Below, one piece after another: positions 34,594 through 47,640 of a DNA stretch of 64,000 nt; the first letter of the stretch is position 1, and every line of letters begins with the position of its first letter. This DNA comes from Malacoraja senta. Lineage: Eukaryota. The notes beneath the pieces are model-generated. The model was given only the letters and a program-made list of their open reading frames with translations. It did not search any database and was not told the origin of the DNA. The translations under genes were made by a program, and so were the position numbers. The stretch is from the NCBI GenBank assembly GCA_038087875.1, contig CM075997.1:8062001-8126000 (forward strand), written 5' to 3'.

Positions 34594-37229
34594 CGTGTGC
34601 GGACGTGGCGCCGACGGACGAGAAGCCGAAGCAAAGCGGTGGAAGCCAAATAACCGAATGGAAATGAAGCCGCAACGCCAAATAACCGAATGGAAACGAA
34701 GCCGAAACGCCAAATAGCCGAAAGTGTGGGATGCCTAAATGCAAACTAACCGAAAGGGCGGTACGGCTAAAAGCCAATTAACCGAAAGGCTGCGTCCCCT
34801 AAAAGCAAACTCACCGATTGGCTGCTCTGCCGAAACGCCACTTACCCGAAAGGCGTCGTCGCCTACAAGCCATCGAAACAAATGCTGCTCAACAGAAAAG
34901 TCAAATATCCGACATTACATTGCCGGGGGTGTGTGACATATCAGCGATGTTCCCACACCTCCGCTCCACCCGACCCACAGCCCGCGGAGGGTGGCCGTGG
35001 GATAGTGTGGCTGTCCCGAGGGATGCGCATCTTCGGCCGCTTACAACTTGCTGCTTGGGTTCAGATTGCCCAGTCACCTATGGCTTGTGTGGGAAAATGA
35101 CCCCACCCTTCCGTCTCCCACTTCTCTCTCCCCTCTTCTCTCCCCCTCCTCTCTCGACCCCCTCTCTCTCCCTTCTCTCTCTCTCATTCTCTCTTTCCCT
35201 CACCCTTCTGCCTCTCTCCCCCGTCTCCACCGGCGGGAGGGTGGGGGCCATTTTCCCACACAAGCCATAGGTGACTGGCCAATTTGAACCCAAGCACCAA
35301 GTTGTAAGCGGCCGAAGGTGCGCATCCTTCGGGACAGCCCCCACTCTCCCACGGCCTCATCTCCCCGTCCCACCGCCCACCCAGAGACACTGACCGCGAT
35401 GTACCACTACCGGACCTCAACCCCCCATCGGTTTTAAAACATGGGGGGACTCAAACATTCCCTGGCGGGCCGATGACAAGTGTGCATGGCAACGAACAAT
35501 TGTATCTCCTCCCACCCCCCCCCCTGATAACAAGAAGCACGTTTTATTTATTACCGTCAGGTTGCTTGCAGAACGCACACAAGCTTCCGCGCACAAAACA
35601 CCAGATAATCTGTAAACTGTTTTAACCGAAGATAGACACAAAATGCTGGAGTAACTCAGCGGAACAGGCAGCATCTCTGGAGAGACGGAATGGGTGGCGT
35701 TTCGGGTCGAGACTCTTCAGACCCAGTCTTCAGGTCTGAAGAATGGTCTTGACACGAAACATCACACATTCCTTCTCTCAAGAGATGCTGCCTATTCCGC
35801 TGAGTTACTCCAGGTTTTTGTGTCCATCTTCGGTTAAAACAATTTACAGATGATCTGGTGCTTAGTGCGTGGGAGCTTGTGTGTGTTCTGCAAGCAACCA
35901 GACGGTAATAAATACAACGTGCTTCTTGTTGTCAAGGGGGGGTGAAGGTGGGAGGAGATAAAATTGTTCGTGGTCATGCACACTTGTCATCGGCCCGCCA
36001 GGGAATGTGTGTCCCCCTCACCCCCCATGTTGCTAAAAGCGATTTACTATGCCCCGAGCCGTCGGGTGGTGGTGAATCACCCGGTGTGGGTGTCAGGGTC
36101 CGGTGGTCGGGGGGGGGGGGGGAATCACCGTGGTGTGGGGGTTGGGGTCCGATGGCGGTGCATCGCGGTCAGTGATTCTGGGTGGGCAGAGGGACCAGCC
36201 TGTCCCACACCTCCACTCCACCCGACCCACAGGCCATCAGAGTGCGGCCGCACGGGGGAGATGAGACGGAGGGTGGCCGTGGGAGTGAGGGGGCTGTCCC
36301 GAAGGATGCGCACCTTCGGCCGCTTACAACTTGGTGCATGGGTTGAAATTGCCCGATCACCTATGGCTTGTGTGGGGAAATGGCCCCCACACTCCCGCCG
36401 GTGGAGACAGAGGAGAGGGAGAATGGGGAGAGAGAGAAGGGGAGATCAGGGGAGAGAGAGAAGGGAGAGAGAGGGGGGTGAGAGAGAGGAGGGGGAGAGA
36501 GAGGAGGAGGGAGAGAAGGGGGAGATAGATAAGGGAGAGAGAGTGGAGTGGGAGAGAGGGGAGGGGGAGAGAGAGAAGGGGAGAGAGAGAGAAGGGAGAG
36601 AGAGAAGGGAGAGTGAGAGGGAGGAGAGAGAGAAGAGGGCAGAGAGAAGGGCAGACGGGGGTTGGGGGTTGGGGGTCATTTTCCCACACAAGCCATAGGT
36701 GACTGGGCAATCTGAACCCAAGCACCAAGTTGTAAGCGGCCGAAGGTGCGCATACCTCCGGACTGCCCGCACTTCCCCACGGCCACCCTCCGCGGGCTGT
36801 GGGTCGGGCGGAGCTGAGGTGTGGGACACTGTTCATCCCTCCACAGTGATGTGATGGACGCGGGAGTCTGGACCAATCGCTGACAAGTCCCGCCCCCCGG
36901 CAACGTCATGTCCGTTATTTGACTATTCTGTTTGGCGGCATATGGTTCGTTGGCTTGTAGGCGGCGCCGCCTTTCGGGTAGGTGGCGTTTCGGCAATGTG
37001 GCCATTCGGTAAGTTTGCTTTTTAGGCAACGTAGCCTTTCTGTTTGTTGGCTTTTAGGCGTCCCGCCCTTTCGGCTAGTTTGCATTTAGGCGTCCCACCC
37101 TTTCGGTTAGTTGGCGTTTCGGCTTCGTTTCCATTCGGTTATTTGGCGATTCGGCTTCGTTTCTATTCGTTTATTTGGCTCCACTTCTTTGCTTCGGCTT
37201 CTCCTCCGTCGGCGCCACGTCCGGGTACC
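34594..37229. mobile_element. Foldback-type non-autonomous DNA element; whole element is an imperfect palindrome; 8-bp TSD
   Basis: TSD ATCAAATC at 34586-34593 and 37230-37237; arms 34594-35723 and 35733-37229 are reverse complements; subterminal CCGAA-rich tandem subrepeats. Confidence 0.85.
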
Positions 37230-37936
37230 ATCAAATCACAGACACATTCAACAGGTAGTGCAAAGAGATAAAAAAGCCAGTGTAGAATGTTGTGCTATCA
37301 CGTTACACTTACAAAGAAAGTGCAATTAATAACTGCAAGGTCTGCAACGAGGTTGGGGAATGGAGAATACACTCCCGTTGATGCGAGGATCGTCCCGTAC
37401 ACTGGCACAGCGGGATGTTGTTAGAGCAGTTAGTGAATCTGGTGGCTCTTGCTTTCATGATTTTGCATTTTGCACAGACTTAGAGTGCGAGGAAAGTGCA
37501 TTAGACATATCTGAAGGGGTAACCTTTTCACGGAGGGAGTAGTTGGAGAACTGGAAGGAGTCACAATGAGACATGCAGGAGTCTGGAAATGTGACAACAA
37601 TTAGGAGGGATCTGGACAGATATATGAGCAATGCAAGAAAGTACTTCATATTAATGCAGTAAAGTGGAATTAATACGGACAGGCATGAAGGTCTCGTAGG
37701 CTCAATGGGGTCAATAGGCCTGTTTTTATAGTGTATGCCTACAAGACTAGATGGATAAATTATAACTTCAATACATGAAACTGTTGATAGAAATGATTGC
37801 GATTACAATGCGTGATTGTAGGGTGAAATGAGGGAAAAATAATTTTAAGGTGAATGAAGGTGAGTAAAATAAATGGAAAGGCACAATCTAGAGAGAAATG
37901 GAACTGACGTGGAAAGTTTGCTGAGAGAGAGCGAGA

Positions 37937-38423
37937 GAGCCTGTCCCACTTGCATGCGATTGCGTGCGTTTGGCGCGACCAATCGGAAGCGGAGGTCGCC
38001 CTAAGTTCGCACTAAAGTCGCGCTAAAGTTCGCCCTAAGTTCGCGCTAAGTTCGCTCGTGTCGTCATTTACGTCATGCTTAAAATCAGCTGGGCTGGAGG
38101 CGGGCCGACTGAATTTGGCCGTCGCCGGACGGCGTCGGGCGGTGACGTCATCACGCAACGCCACGCGCTAGGCGTACGCCGTAAAGACGCTACGTACGAC
38201 CGCAATGCGCCTACGTGCGTACGCGGGCCGACAGGCCGTTGGCGAGCGAAGATTTCAGCCACTGCAAGAATTTCGGAGCCCCGCGCGATGTCGGGACCAG
38301 CCCCGCACAACTCCGCGCTTCTAAGTGGGACCGGCCCCGCGCGCCCATTCGGTGCCCGTACGCCTCAAGCGATCACGAGGTCGCGTAATTTGCGAGCCAA
38401 GGTCGCGTAAGTGGGTCAGGCCC
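37937..38423. mobile_element. GC/CpG-rich MITE, PIF/Harbinger-like
   Basis: TIRs GAGCCTGTCCCACTT / AAGTGGGTCAGGCCC; internal CGC(N)CTAA(A)GTT repeats; TSD unresolvable inside (GA)n. Confidence 0.65.
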
Positions 38424-38607
<184 letters not shown>

Positions 38608-38869
38608 CAAGAGCGAGAATCGGACACTAGAAACTGCATATACTGGAATCATAAAGTGTTGAGAAACGCAGCAGGTTAGGTAGCAATTGCGGAGAAGAGA
38701 CAAGACCGGAATTGTTGTCTATCGATTTCCTCCATGGGTTCTGACTGATCCGTTGAGTTCATAGAACATGCAAGGTCAACATGTTGCAGTAAAGAGGAGG
38801 GATACGGATGGCAAGGCAAGGGAAACTTGGAGGACGAAAAGGGTTGTAAACATGGTCATGAAGAAACAG

Positions 38870-41800
38870 GACTCAAATAGAGAAAGCTAGTAGACAATGT
38901 GGGAGGCAGGAGGCAGAGAAGGGAAGCACTCGGACCCAAAATGTAGGGGAGAAAGAAGAAAAAGTTAATAAACAGAGAATAAGTGGTGGTGGGTTTCTTA
39001 AATGTGTATATTTTAATGCTAGGAGCATTGTAAGAAAGGTGGATGAGCTTAGAGCCTGGATTGACACCTGGAAGTATGATGTTGTGGCGATCAGTGAAAC
39101 ATGGTTGCAGGAGGGCTGTGATTGGAAACTAAATATTCCACGATTTCGTTGCTTCAGGGGTGATAGAATTGGAGGGGCAAGTGGTGGGGGTGTTGCATTG
39201 CTTGTCAAGGAAGATATTACAGCAGTGCTTTGGCAGGGTAGATTAGAGGGCTCGCCTAGGGAGGCTATTTGAGTGGAACTTGGAAATGGGAAAGGTGTAG
39301 CAACACTTATAGGGGTGTGTTATAGACCGCCTAATGGGGAGCGAGAATTGGAAGAGCAAATATGTAAGGAGATAGCAGATATTAGTAGTAAGCACAAGGT
39401 AGTGATTGTGGGAGATTTCAATTTTCCACACATAGACTGGGAAACACATTCTGTAAAAGGGCTGGATGGTTTGGAGTTTGTAAAATGTGTACAGGATAGT
39501 TTTTTGCAGCAATACATAGAAGTACCTACTAGAGAAGGGGCAGTGCTGGACCTCCTGTTACGAAATGAGACAGGGCAGGTGGCGGAGGTATGCGTTGGGG
39601 AGCACTTCGGGTCCAGTGATCACAATATCATTAGTTTCAATATAATTATGGAGAGGGTCAGAACTGGACCTAGGGTTGAGATTTTAGATTGGAGAAAGGC
39701 TAACTTTGAGGAGATGCGAAAGGATTTAAAATGAGTGAATTGGGACATGTTGTTTTATGGGAAGGATGTAGAAGAGAAATGGAGGACATTTAAAGGTGAC
39801 ATTTTAAGAGTACAGAATCTTTATGTCCCTGTTCGGTTTAAAGGAAATAATAAAAATTGGAAAGAGCCATGGTTTTCAAGGGAAATTGGACACTTGGTTC
39901 GGAAAAAAAGAGAGATCTACAATAATTATTAGCAGCATGGAGTAAACGAGGTGCTTGAGGAGTATAAAGAATGTAAAAATAATATTAAGAAAGAAATTAG
40001 AAAAGCTAAAAGAAGATATGAGGTTGCTTTGGCAAGTAAGTTGAAAGTAAATCCAAAGGGTTTCTACAGCTATATTAATAGGAAAAGGATAACAAGGAAT
40101 AAAATTAGAGAGTCAGAGTGGACAGCTATCTGCAGAGCCAAAAGAGATGGGGGAGATATTGAACAATTTCTTTTCTTCGGTATTCACCAAGGATATTGAA
40201 TTATGTGAGGTAAGAGAAACAAACATTGGAATGGAAACTATGAGATTCAAAGAAGAGGAGGTGCGGACACTTTTGAAAAATATGAAAACGGATACGTCTC
40301 CAGGTCCTGACAGGATATTCCCTAAGACATTGAGGGAAGTTAGTATAGAAATAGCAGGGGCTATGACAGAAATATTTCAAATGTCATTAGAAACGAGAAA
40401 AGTGCAGGAGGATTGGCGTACTGCGCATGTTGTTCCGTTGTTTAAAAAGGGTTCTAAGAGTAAACCTAGCAATTATAGACCTGTTAGTTTCACGTCAGTG
40501 GTGGGCAAATTAATGGAAAGGATACTTATAGATAATATATATAAGCACCTGGATAAGCAGGGTCTGATTCGGAACAGTCAACATGGATTTGTGCCTGGAA
40601 GGTCATGTTTGACTAATCTTATTGAATTTTTCGAAGAGGTTACTAGGGAAATTGGTGAGGGTAAAGCAGTGGATGTTGTGTATATGGACTTCAGTAAGGC
40701 CTTTGACAAGGTTCCTCATGGAAGGTTGGTTAAGAAGATTCAATTGTTGGGTAATAATGGTGGAGTAGCAAGATGGATTCAACGGTGGCTGAATGGGAGA
40801 TGCCAGAGAGTAATGATGGATGGCTGTTTGTCAGGTTCGAGGCCGGTGACTAGTGGAGTGCCTCAGGGGTCTGTGTTGTTTGTCATGTACATCAATGATC
40901 TGGATGAGGGTGTGGAAAATTGGATTAGTTAGTATGCAGATGATACTAAGATAGGTGGTGTTGTGGATAATGAAGTAGATTTTCAAAGTCTACAGAGAGA
41001 TTTAGGCCATTTGGAAGAGTGGGTTGAAAGATGGCAGATAGAGTTTAATGCTGATAAATGTGAGGTGCTACATTTTGGCAGGACAAATCAAAATAGGACG
41101 TACATGGTAAATGGTAGCGAATTGAGGAATGCAGTTGAACAGAGGGATCTAGGAATAACTGTGCATAGTTCCCTGAAGGTGGAATCTCATGTAGATAGGG
41201 TGGTAAAGAAAGCTTTTGGTGTGCTGGCCTTTATAAATCAGAGCATTGAATATAGAAGTTGGGATGTAATGTTAAAATTGTACGGCATTGGTGAGGCCAA
41301 TTCTGGAGTATGGAGTACAATTTTGGTCGCCTAATTATAGGAAGGATGTCAACAAAATAGAGAGAGTACAGAGGAGATTTACTAGAATGTTTCCTGGGTT
41401 TCACAACTAAATTACAGAGAAAGGTTGAACATGTTAGGCCTTTATTCTTTGGAGTGCAGAAGGTTATGGGCGGATTTGATAGAGGTCATTAAAATGATGA
41501 GCGGGTTAGACAGAGTTGACGTGGATAAGCTTTTCCCATTGAGAGTAGGGAAGATTCAAACAAGGGGACGACTTGAGAATTAAGGGACAGAAGTTTAGTG
41601 GTAACATTAGGGGGAACTTCTTTACTCAGAGAGTGGTAGCTGTGTGGAATGAGCTTCCAGTGGAAGTGGTGGAGGCAGGTTCGATTTTATCCTTTAAAAA
41701 TAGATTGGATGGGTATATGGACGGGGAAAGGAATGGAGGGTTATGGTCTGAGTGCAGGTAGATGGGACTAGGGGGAAGAAAGAAGAAAGAAGGGGAAGAA

Positions 41801-41879
41801 AAAAAAAAAGAAGTGTTCGGCACGGACTTGAAGGGCCGAGATGGCCTGTTTCCGTGCTGTAATGGTTATATGGTTATGT
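38870..41879 (+). mobile_element. CR1 of a different lineage: inter-ORF region and full degenerate ORF2, (GGTTATAT)-like tail
   Basis: ORFs 39039, 39273, 40147 and 40963 (DELRAWID, GDFNFP, SDHN, PQGSVL, YADD). Confidence 0.9.
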
Positions 41880-42747
41880 TAGCTTCAAGAATGTGTTATC
41901 AGACGAGGCTTAAGAAAACTATAAAGCGAGTAGGAACAAAATTAAACAGGCCAAAAGGGGCCGTGAAATGTCATTGGTGAACCCAAGGAAAAGAGGGTGC
42001 ACAGGAGGGTTACCAGAATTATGCATGATTAGAGGCTTTTAGTTATAAGTAGAACTTTGGATAAACTTGAATTGTGTTCCTTGGAATGTCGGAGTTTGAG
42101 GGGAAACGATAGAAGTATATTCAATTTTGACTAGCATCGCTGGGGTAGACAGGCAGAACCTTTTTCCCCCCAGGGTGAAAGCATCCAACACTAGAGAGCA
42201 TAGCTATAAGGTGAGAGGAAATAGTTTATAGGAGATAAAGTATAGGAGAAAAAGTATATAGTGCTGGGGACTTGCAACGCATTGCAAAGGTGCTGTTGAA
42301 GTCATACACGATAGTGGCGTTTACGAGGCTTGTAGATAGGCACACGTGTACATGCTGGGAATAGCGGAATGTGGACGAAGCGCAGGCAGATAAAATCAGG
42401 TTAACGGCATCATTTCCGCCACAAACATTGTGCTCCAAAGTGTCGGTTCCTATGGTGCACTGTCCCATCTTCTATGATCTATATTTTAATATCCAACATA
42501 GCACAAGATCAGGCTTTTCGTCTCACAATATCCATGTCAAACATAATGCTAAGACCAACACTTATCTGCCTGCACATAAACTATGTCCCTTCGTTTCCTG
42601 CATCTCCATATATCTACCCGCATCTCTTAAATTCCACTATCGTATCTGCCTCAACCTCCCAACACCCCACCTCCGATAGTGCATTCCAGGTACTCCCGTG
42701 CACTGCGTAAATAACTTGTCCCGAACATATGCAGAGGTCTATAAAAC

Positions 42748-42990
42748 GCACGGTGGCGCATAGGTAAAATTGCTGCCATACGACGCTTACACGGCCGGAG
42801 ACTCTGGTTCGATCCCGACGACGGGTACTGTCTGTTTGGTGATTGTAAGTTCTCCCCATGACCGCGCGGGTTTTCTCCGAGATGTTCGGTTTCTTCTCAC
42901 ACTCCAATGACGTGCAGGTTAATTGGATTGGTATAATTGTAAATTGTCCCTAGTGTGTGTTATAATGTGTGGGGATCGCAGGTCGGCGCG
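42748..42990 (+). mobile_element. V-SINE (HE1-like), 3'-truncated
   Basis: GCACGGTGGCGCA A-box-like and GGTTCGATCCC B-box; central GTTCTCCCC...GGGTTTTCTCCG region shared with the other copies. Confidence 0.7.
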
Positions 42991-43859
42991 CATCGGGAAA
43001 CTTACTAATTATGCCTTCCACAAATCATCCAAAACTTTGATATAAACCACCTAGCAATGGGCCCAGCACCAGTCGCTCGGACACACTACACTCCGCCTCC
43101 TTCCTTGAAGTCAATTCTGTATTCAGGCAGCAAACGCTCCTCGATGCCATGGGATCTAACTTTTGAGAGAAACCTACAATGCAGAAGCTTATCAAATGCC
43201 TCGTTCAAGCCCATACAGACAACGTCTGTGTCTCAGCTCTCATCAATGTTCATTTTCACAAATCTAAACCATATTCGTTAGCCACAATCTCGCACGCACA
43301 AATCCAAGGTGTCTAACCCTAAATATTCCCTGTTCATTCAGAATCATCCCCAGTAACTTGTCTAACTCAGATGTTCGGTTCATTGGCCTATAATTCCCAG
43401 GGTTTTCCTTGCAGCCCTTCGAAAATCGAAACGCAAGGTCAGCCACTTTCCAGTTTACCGGCAACTCACCGGTGTCTAATGCTGTCCCGCCCCTCCTCTC
43501 TTCCAGCTTTCATTCATCCACCGTCCTCCTCCAACCTCCAACAATCAGCCTGAAGAAGGGTCCCGGCCGAAGCGTCATCTATCCATGTTATACAGAGATT
43601 CTACCAGAGCCGTTGAGTTACTCCAGCACTTTGTGTCTTCTTTTGTAAACCAGCACATGCTGTTCCATGTTTTTACTTCTGCTCTAGTCCGTGATGTCCA
43701 AGATATTTTCAAAAGAACGGGCAAGAAGGGAACACATGTGTCCTTGGATCATGTCAATGCATCGTCCACAGATGCCCACAGTTGCCCTTCAGGCACACGG
43801 TGTTGTAGCTCATCATCGGTAAAGTTCAATCTTTCCGCCATAGATCTGGAGAGATCGAC

Positions 43860-45215
43860 CATCGACAAGAAGGAAGCAAAGCAGAATAGTGGGAACTATT
43901 CTATAGGTCGGTTAGTCTGTCTTCGGTGTTTGGTAAGTCCACAATAAAAGATGAGGTTACGGAGTACTTTGAAGTTCATGATAAAATAGGCCGAAGTCAG
44001 AATGACTTTGTGAAGGGGAGGTCTTGCTTGACAAATTTGTTGGAATTCTTTGAAGAAGTAAATAGCAGAACAGACAAAGGATAGTCATTACATGATGTTT
44101 ACTTTTATTTTCAGAAAGGCTTTGATAAGTGCCTCACGTGAGGCAGCTAGGGAAGATGAGAGCCCACGGTATCAAAGAGCAGATAGCATGGTGGCTGGAT
44201 GGCAGAAGACAAAGTGTGGCAATAAAGGAGGCCTTTTCTGGTTGGCTGCCAGTGACTAGTGGAGTTCCGCAGGGGTCGGTGCTGGGGCCGCTACTCTTCA
44301 CTTTGTATATTAATGATTTGGAATAAGGGATTGAAGGCTTTGTGGCCAAGTTTGCAGATTATACGAAAATAGGGACTCTGCAGAATGACTTGGACAGGTT
44401 GGGAGAGTGGGCAGAGATGTGGCAGATGGAATATAGTGTTGCAGGACAGACAAAGGAGAGTCAGTAGATGATGTTTACTTTTATTTTCAGAAAGGCTTTG
44501 TTAAGGTGGCACACGTGAGGGTGCTAAGGAAGGTGAGAGCCCACGGTATCAATGGGAAGATAGCAGGGTGGCTGGATGGCAGAAGACAAAGTGTGGCAAT
44601 AAAGGAGAGCTTTCCTGGTTGGCTGCCAGTGGCTAGTGGAGTTCCGCAAGGGTCGGTGCTGGGGTCGCTACTCTTCACTTTGTATATTAATGATTTGGAA
44701 TAAGGGATTGAAGGCTTTGCGGCCAAGTTGCGGATGATACGAATATAGTCTCTGCCATGATCCCAGGAATGAGTAGGGTACCCTATGATTAGCGTTTGTC
44801 GGAACTGGACCTGTACGTGCTGGAATTTAGAAGAATGAGGGGGACCTCGGTGAAACATACAGAATAGTGAAAGGCTTGGATGGAGTGGATGTGGAGAGGA
44901 TGTTTCCAGTGGGAGCATCTAGGACTAGAGATCATAGACTCAGAATTAAAGCATGTTATTTTAAAAAGGAGATGAGGAGAAATATATTTAGTCGGAGGGT
45001 GGTGAATCTGTGGAATTCTTTGCTGTAGAGGTCAAGTCGGTGGATATTTGTAAGGCAGAGATAGATACATTTTTGATTGGTAGAGGTGACAGAGATTATG
45101 TTGAGAAGACAGGAGAATAGCGTTAGGAGGGAAAGGTAGATCAGTCATGATTGAGTGGCGGAGTAGACTTGATGGGCTGAATGGCCTAATTCTGTGCCCA
45201 TCACTTATGACCTTG
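43860..45215 (+). mobile_element. Old CR1 ORF2 fragment with internal tandem duplication (~44070-44370 repeated at ~44445-44745)
   Basis: ORFs 44129 and 44506 are near-identical RT peptides, both ending in the same premature TAA. Confidence 0.8.
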
Positions 45216-45420
45216 TCACCTTATGGTCGTCTCCCAAATCCTTATCGTGAAAGGTCGCTGGTACGTTCGCTACAATGGAGGAAGTAGTGGTAGCAATGGA
45301 ATGCAGCAAAGTTCCAAACAGATCTTTCTTTGTATAGAAGGACTGCAGTTAGTGAAACGAGATTAGACAGGCAGATCTTATCTTACTCAGACGAAAGGGG
45401 CTGATGAAAATCTTCAAAGG

Positions 45421-46420
45421 TTTCAAAAGTATTTTATTGTCACGTGTACCAATTGAGGGACCCAGAGAGTTGTGAACACCCAGAGAGTTGTGAATGTTTG
45501 GAATTCCCTGCCACAGAGGGCAGTAGAGGCCAAATCACTGTATGGATTTAAGAGAGAGTTAGATAGAGCTCCAGGGGCTAGTGGAATCAAGGGATATGGG
45601 GAGAAGGCAGGCACGGGTTATTGATAGGGGACGATCAGCCATGATCACAATGAATGGCGTTGCTGGCTCGAAGGGCCGAATGGCCTCCTCCTGCACCTAT
45701 TTTCTATGTTTCTATGAGGGACAGTGATATGTGAATTACCATACAGCCACACTATAAAAAGCAACAAGACACACTACATAAAAGTTAACATAAACATCCA
45801 CCACAGCGGATTCCTCACATTCGTCAATGTGATAGAAGGTAATAAAGTATAATCTTCTTCCTCGTTATTCTCCCGCGGTCGGGGCAGGCGATCGGATCTC
45901 CCGCAGCCGGCAGTCGACGCCCCCGCATCGGGGCGATTGAAGCTCCCGTGTCGGGGCTATCGAACCTCCCGCACCGGGGAGGTCGAAGCTCCTGCGGATT
46001 GGAGTTCCCGAAGTCGGCCTCTAACCAGAGACTGTGAGCCCCACGATGTTAAAGTCCGCAGGTTCCCGCGGTTGGAGTTCCGAGGTCTATCCTTTGCAAA
46101 AGGATCACCAACTCCACGACGTAAAGTCCTGCAGGCTCCCGTGGTTGGAGCTCCCGAGGTTGGTCTCTAGCAAAGGCCGCCAATTCCTCGATGTTAGGCC
46201 GCAGTGCGGACGGAGTTATGATACTGAAAAAAATCGCATCTCCGTCGAGGTAAAAGATTAAAACAATGTTTCCCACAACCCCCCACCCCCCACCCCCCAC
46301 ATAAAACAAGTTAAAGAACACTGCCAACACACAGTTAATACATACTATAAAAACAACAAAGAAGGAAGGGGCAGTCAGACAGTTGGCGAGGCAGCCATTG
46401 CTGGCGCCACCCAGTCGGAC
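45421..46420 (-). mobile_element. Non-coding GC-rich retroposon-like repeat with Rex1-like 3' end
   Basis: Minus-strand end GGTACACGTGACAATAAA equals the tail at 61451; homologous to ~50010-50730. Confidence 0.55.
45462..45714 (+). mobile_element. Short CR1 3' end with 8-bp TSD
   Basis: TSD TGAGGGAC at 45454-45461 and 45715-45722; duplicated CCAGAGAGTTGTGAA at the 5' junction. Confidence 0.85.
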
Positions 46421-47192
46421 CAATCTTACTAATAGGTTTATAAAAATAAATCGATAGCTAGGCAGTTTTTTTCCTCGTGCAGTGGAGTTTGAAACACCGG
46501 TTTGTGATAAGAGCTGAGAAGTCTAGGAATCTGAGTCCACGGTTTTGCGCACATGATAAATATGTGGGAACAAGCTGCCTGAGCAGGTGGTTGAGGCAGA
46601 TACAATGATAACTTTTAAAAGGGCTAGGGCTCGGGTTCAATGGGACCAGCGTAGACCTGGTCCTGGTCGACCGCGACGAGACTGCTCTGTTTTGCTGTTC
46701 CTTCCCAAGCCTCCCTGTATGTTTCTTTTCCGCACACCTCCCTTCCCTTTCAAGGCGAAAAATGTTCACTTTGACGTTTACGCATTTAAGCGGTGTAGAG
46801 ATAAGTTATATGTTTTATAAATCACCGTTTATTTAATTGTGAAAATAATCTCTCTTCTTTCACATTCCGACTACATTCTTATCACTGACAGGGACTTTGT
46901 TCGTCCCATCATCGTTCTTGGCGTTTCCTTTCCAAGGACATTCACTGTTGCTTCACATTCTAATCTGTCTGTCTTTTCGTTTAAAACGTAACCTTTTGTG
47001 TTTTGGATGTGAGTACACCACATGGAAACAGTTATTTGCGTTTCATTGACGGCGCTGATCATAAATGTTTCGCCTTTGCTCAGGCCCGTGAGAAATCGTT
47101 GGGCTCCGTTGCCGTTTCTGCCGCGGGGATTAGTAGAAAATGGACACATTATTTTTCGCCCTTCTCGTGGGTGAGTCATCAAAATGATTTTG

Positions 47193-47500
47193 TTTAGTTT
47201 AGTTCAGAGATACAGCGTGGAAACAGGCTCTTCGGTCGATCGAGTCCATGCCGACCATTTATCACCCGTTCCACTTTATCCCACTTTCGAATCCTGTATA
47301 CCAGGGACAAATTTACGGAAGCAATTAACCTATACACGTGCACGACTTTAGAATGTGGGAAGAAACCGGCACACCCGGTGAAAACCCACGCTGTCGCAGG
47401 GAGAACGCGCAAACTCCGCACTGAGAGCACCGGAGTCAGGATCCAACAAGGGTCTGGGCCTTTGATGCAGGAGCTCGACCGCCGTGCCACTGTGTCGCCC
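47193..47500 (-). mobile_element. V-SINE (HE1-like)
   Basis: Homologous to 2213-2511; (AAACT)n tail and CR1-like 3' end. Confidence 0.7.
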
Positions 47501-47640
47501 ACATTTTAAGTAAAGAAGCATTGGTCAAGATTATGAGAGCAGGTATGATAAAGGCAAGGAAACTACAGATGCTTGAATGTTGAACAACGAAATAAAAATA
47601 CCCAAGGAACTCATCAGGTCAGGTAGCATATTGAGAGCGA

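Noticed and set aside
34818..37029. ORFs of 117-244 aa inside the palindrome as a possible transposase
   Set aside because: No DDE or zinc-finger motifs; GC-rich and low-complexity; frames are not conserved between arms.
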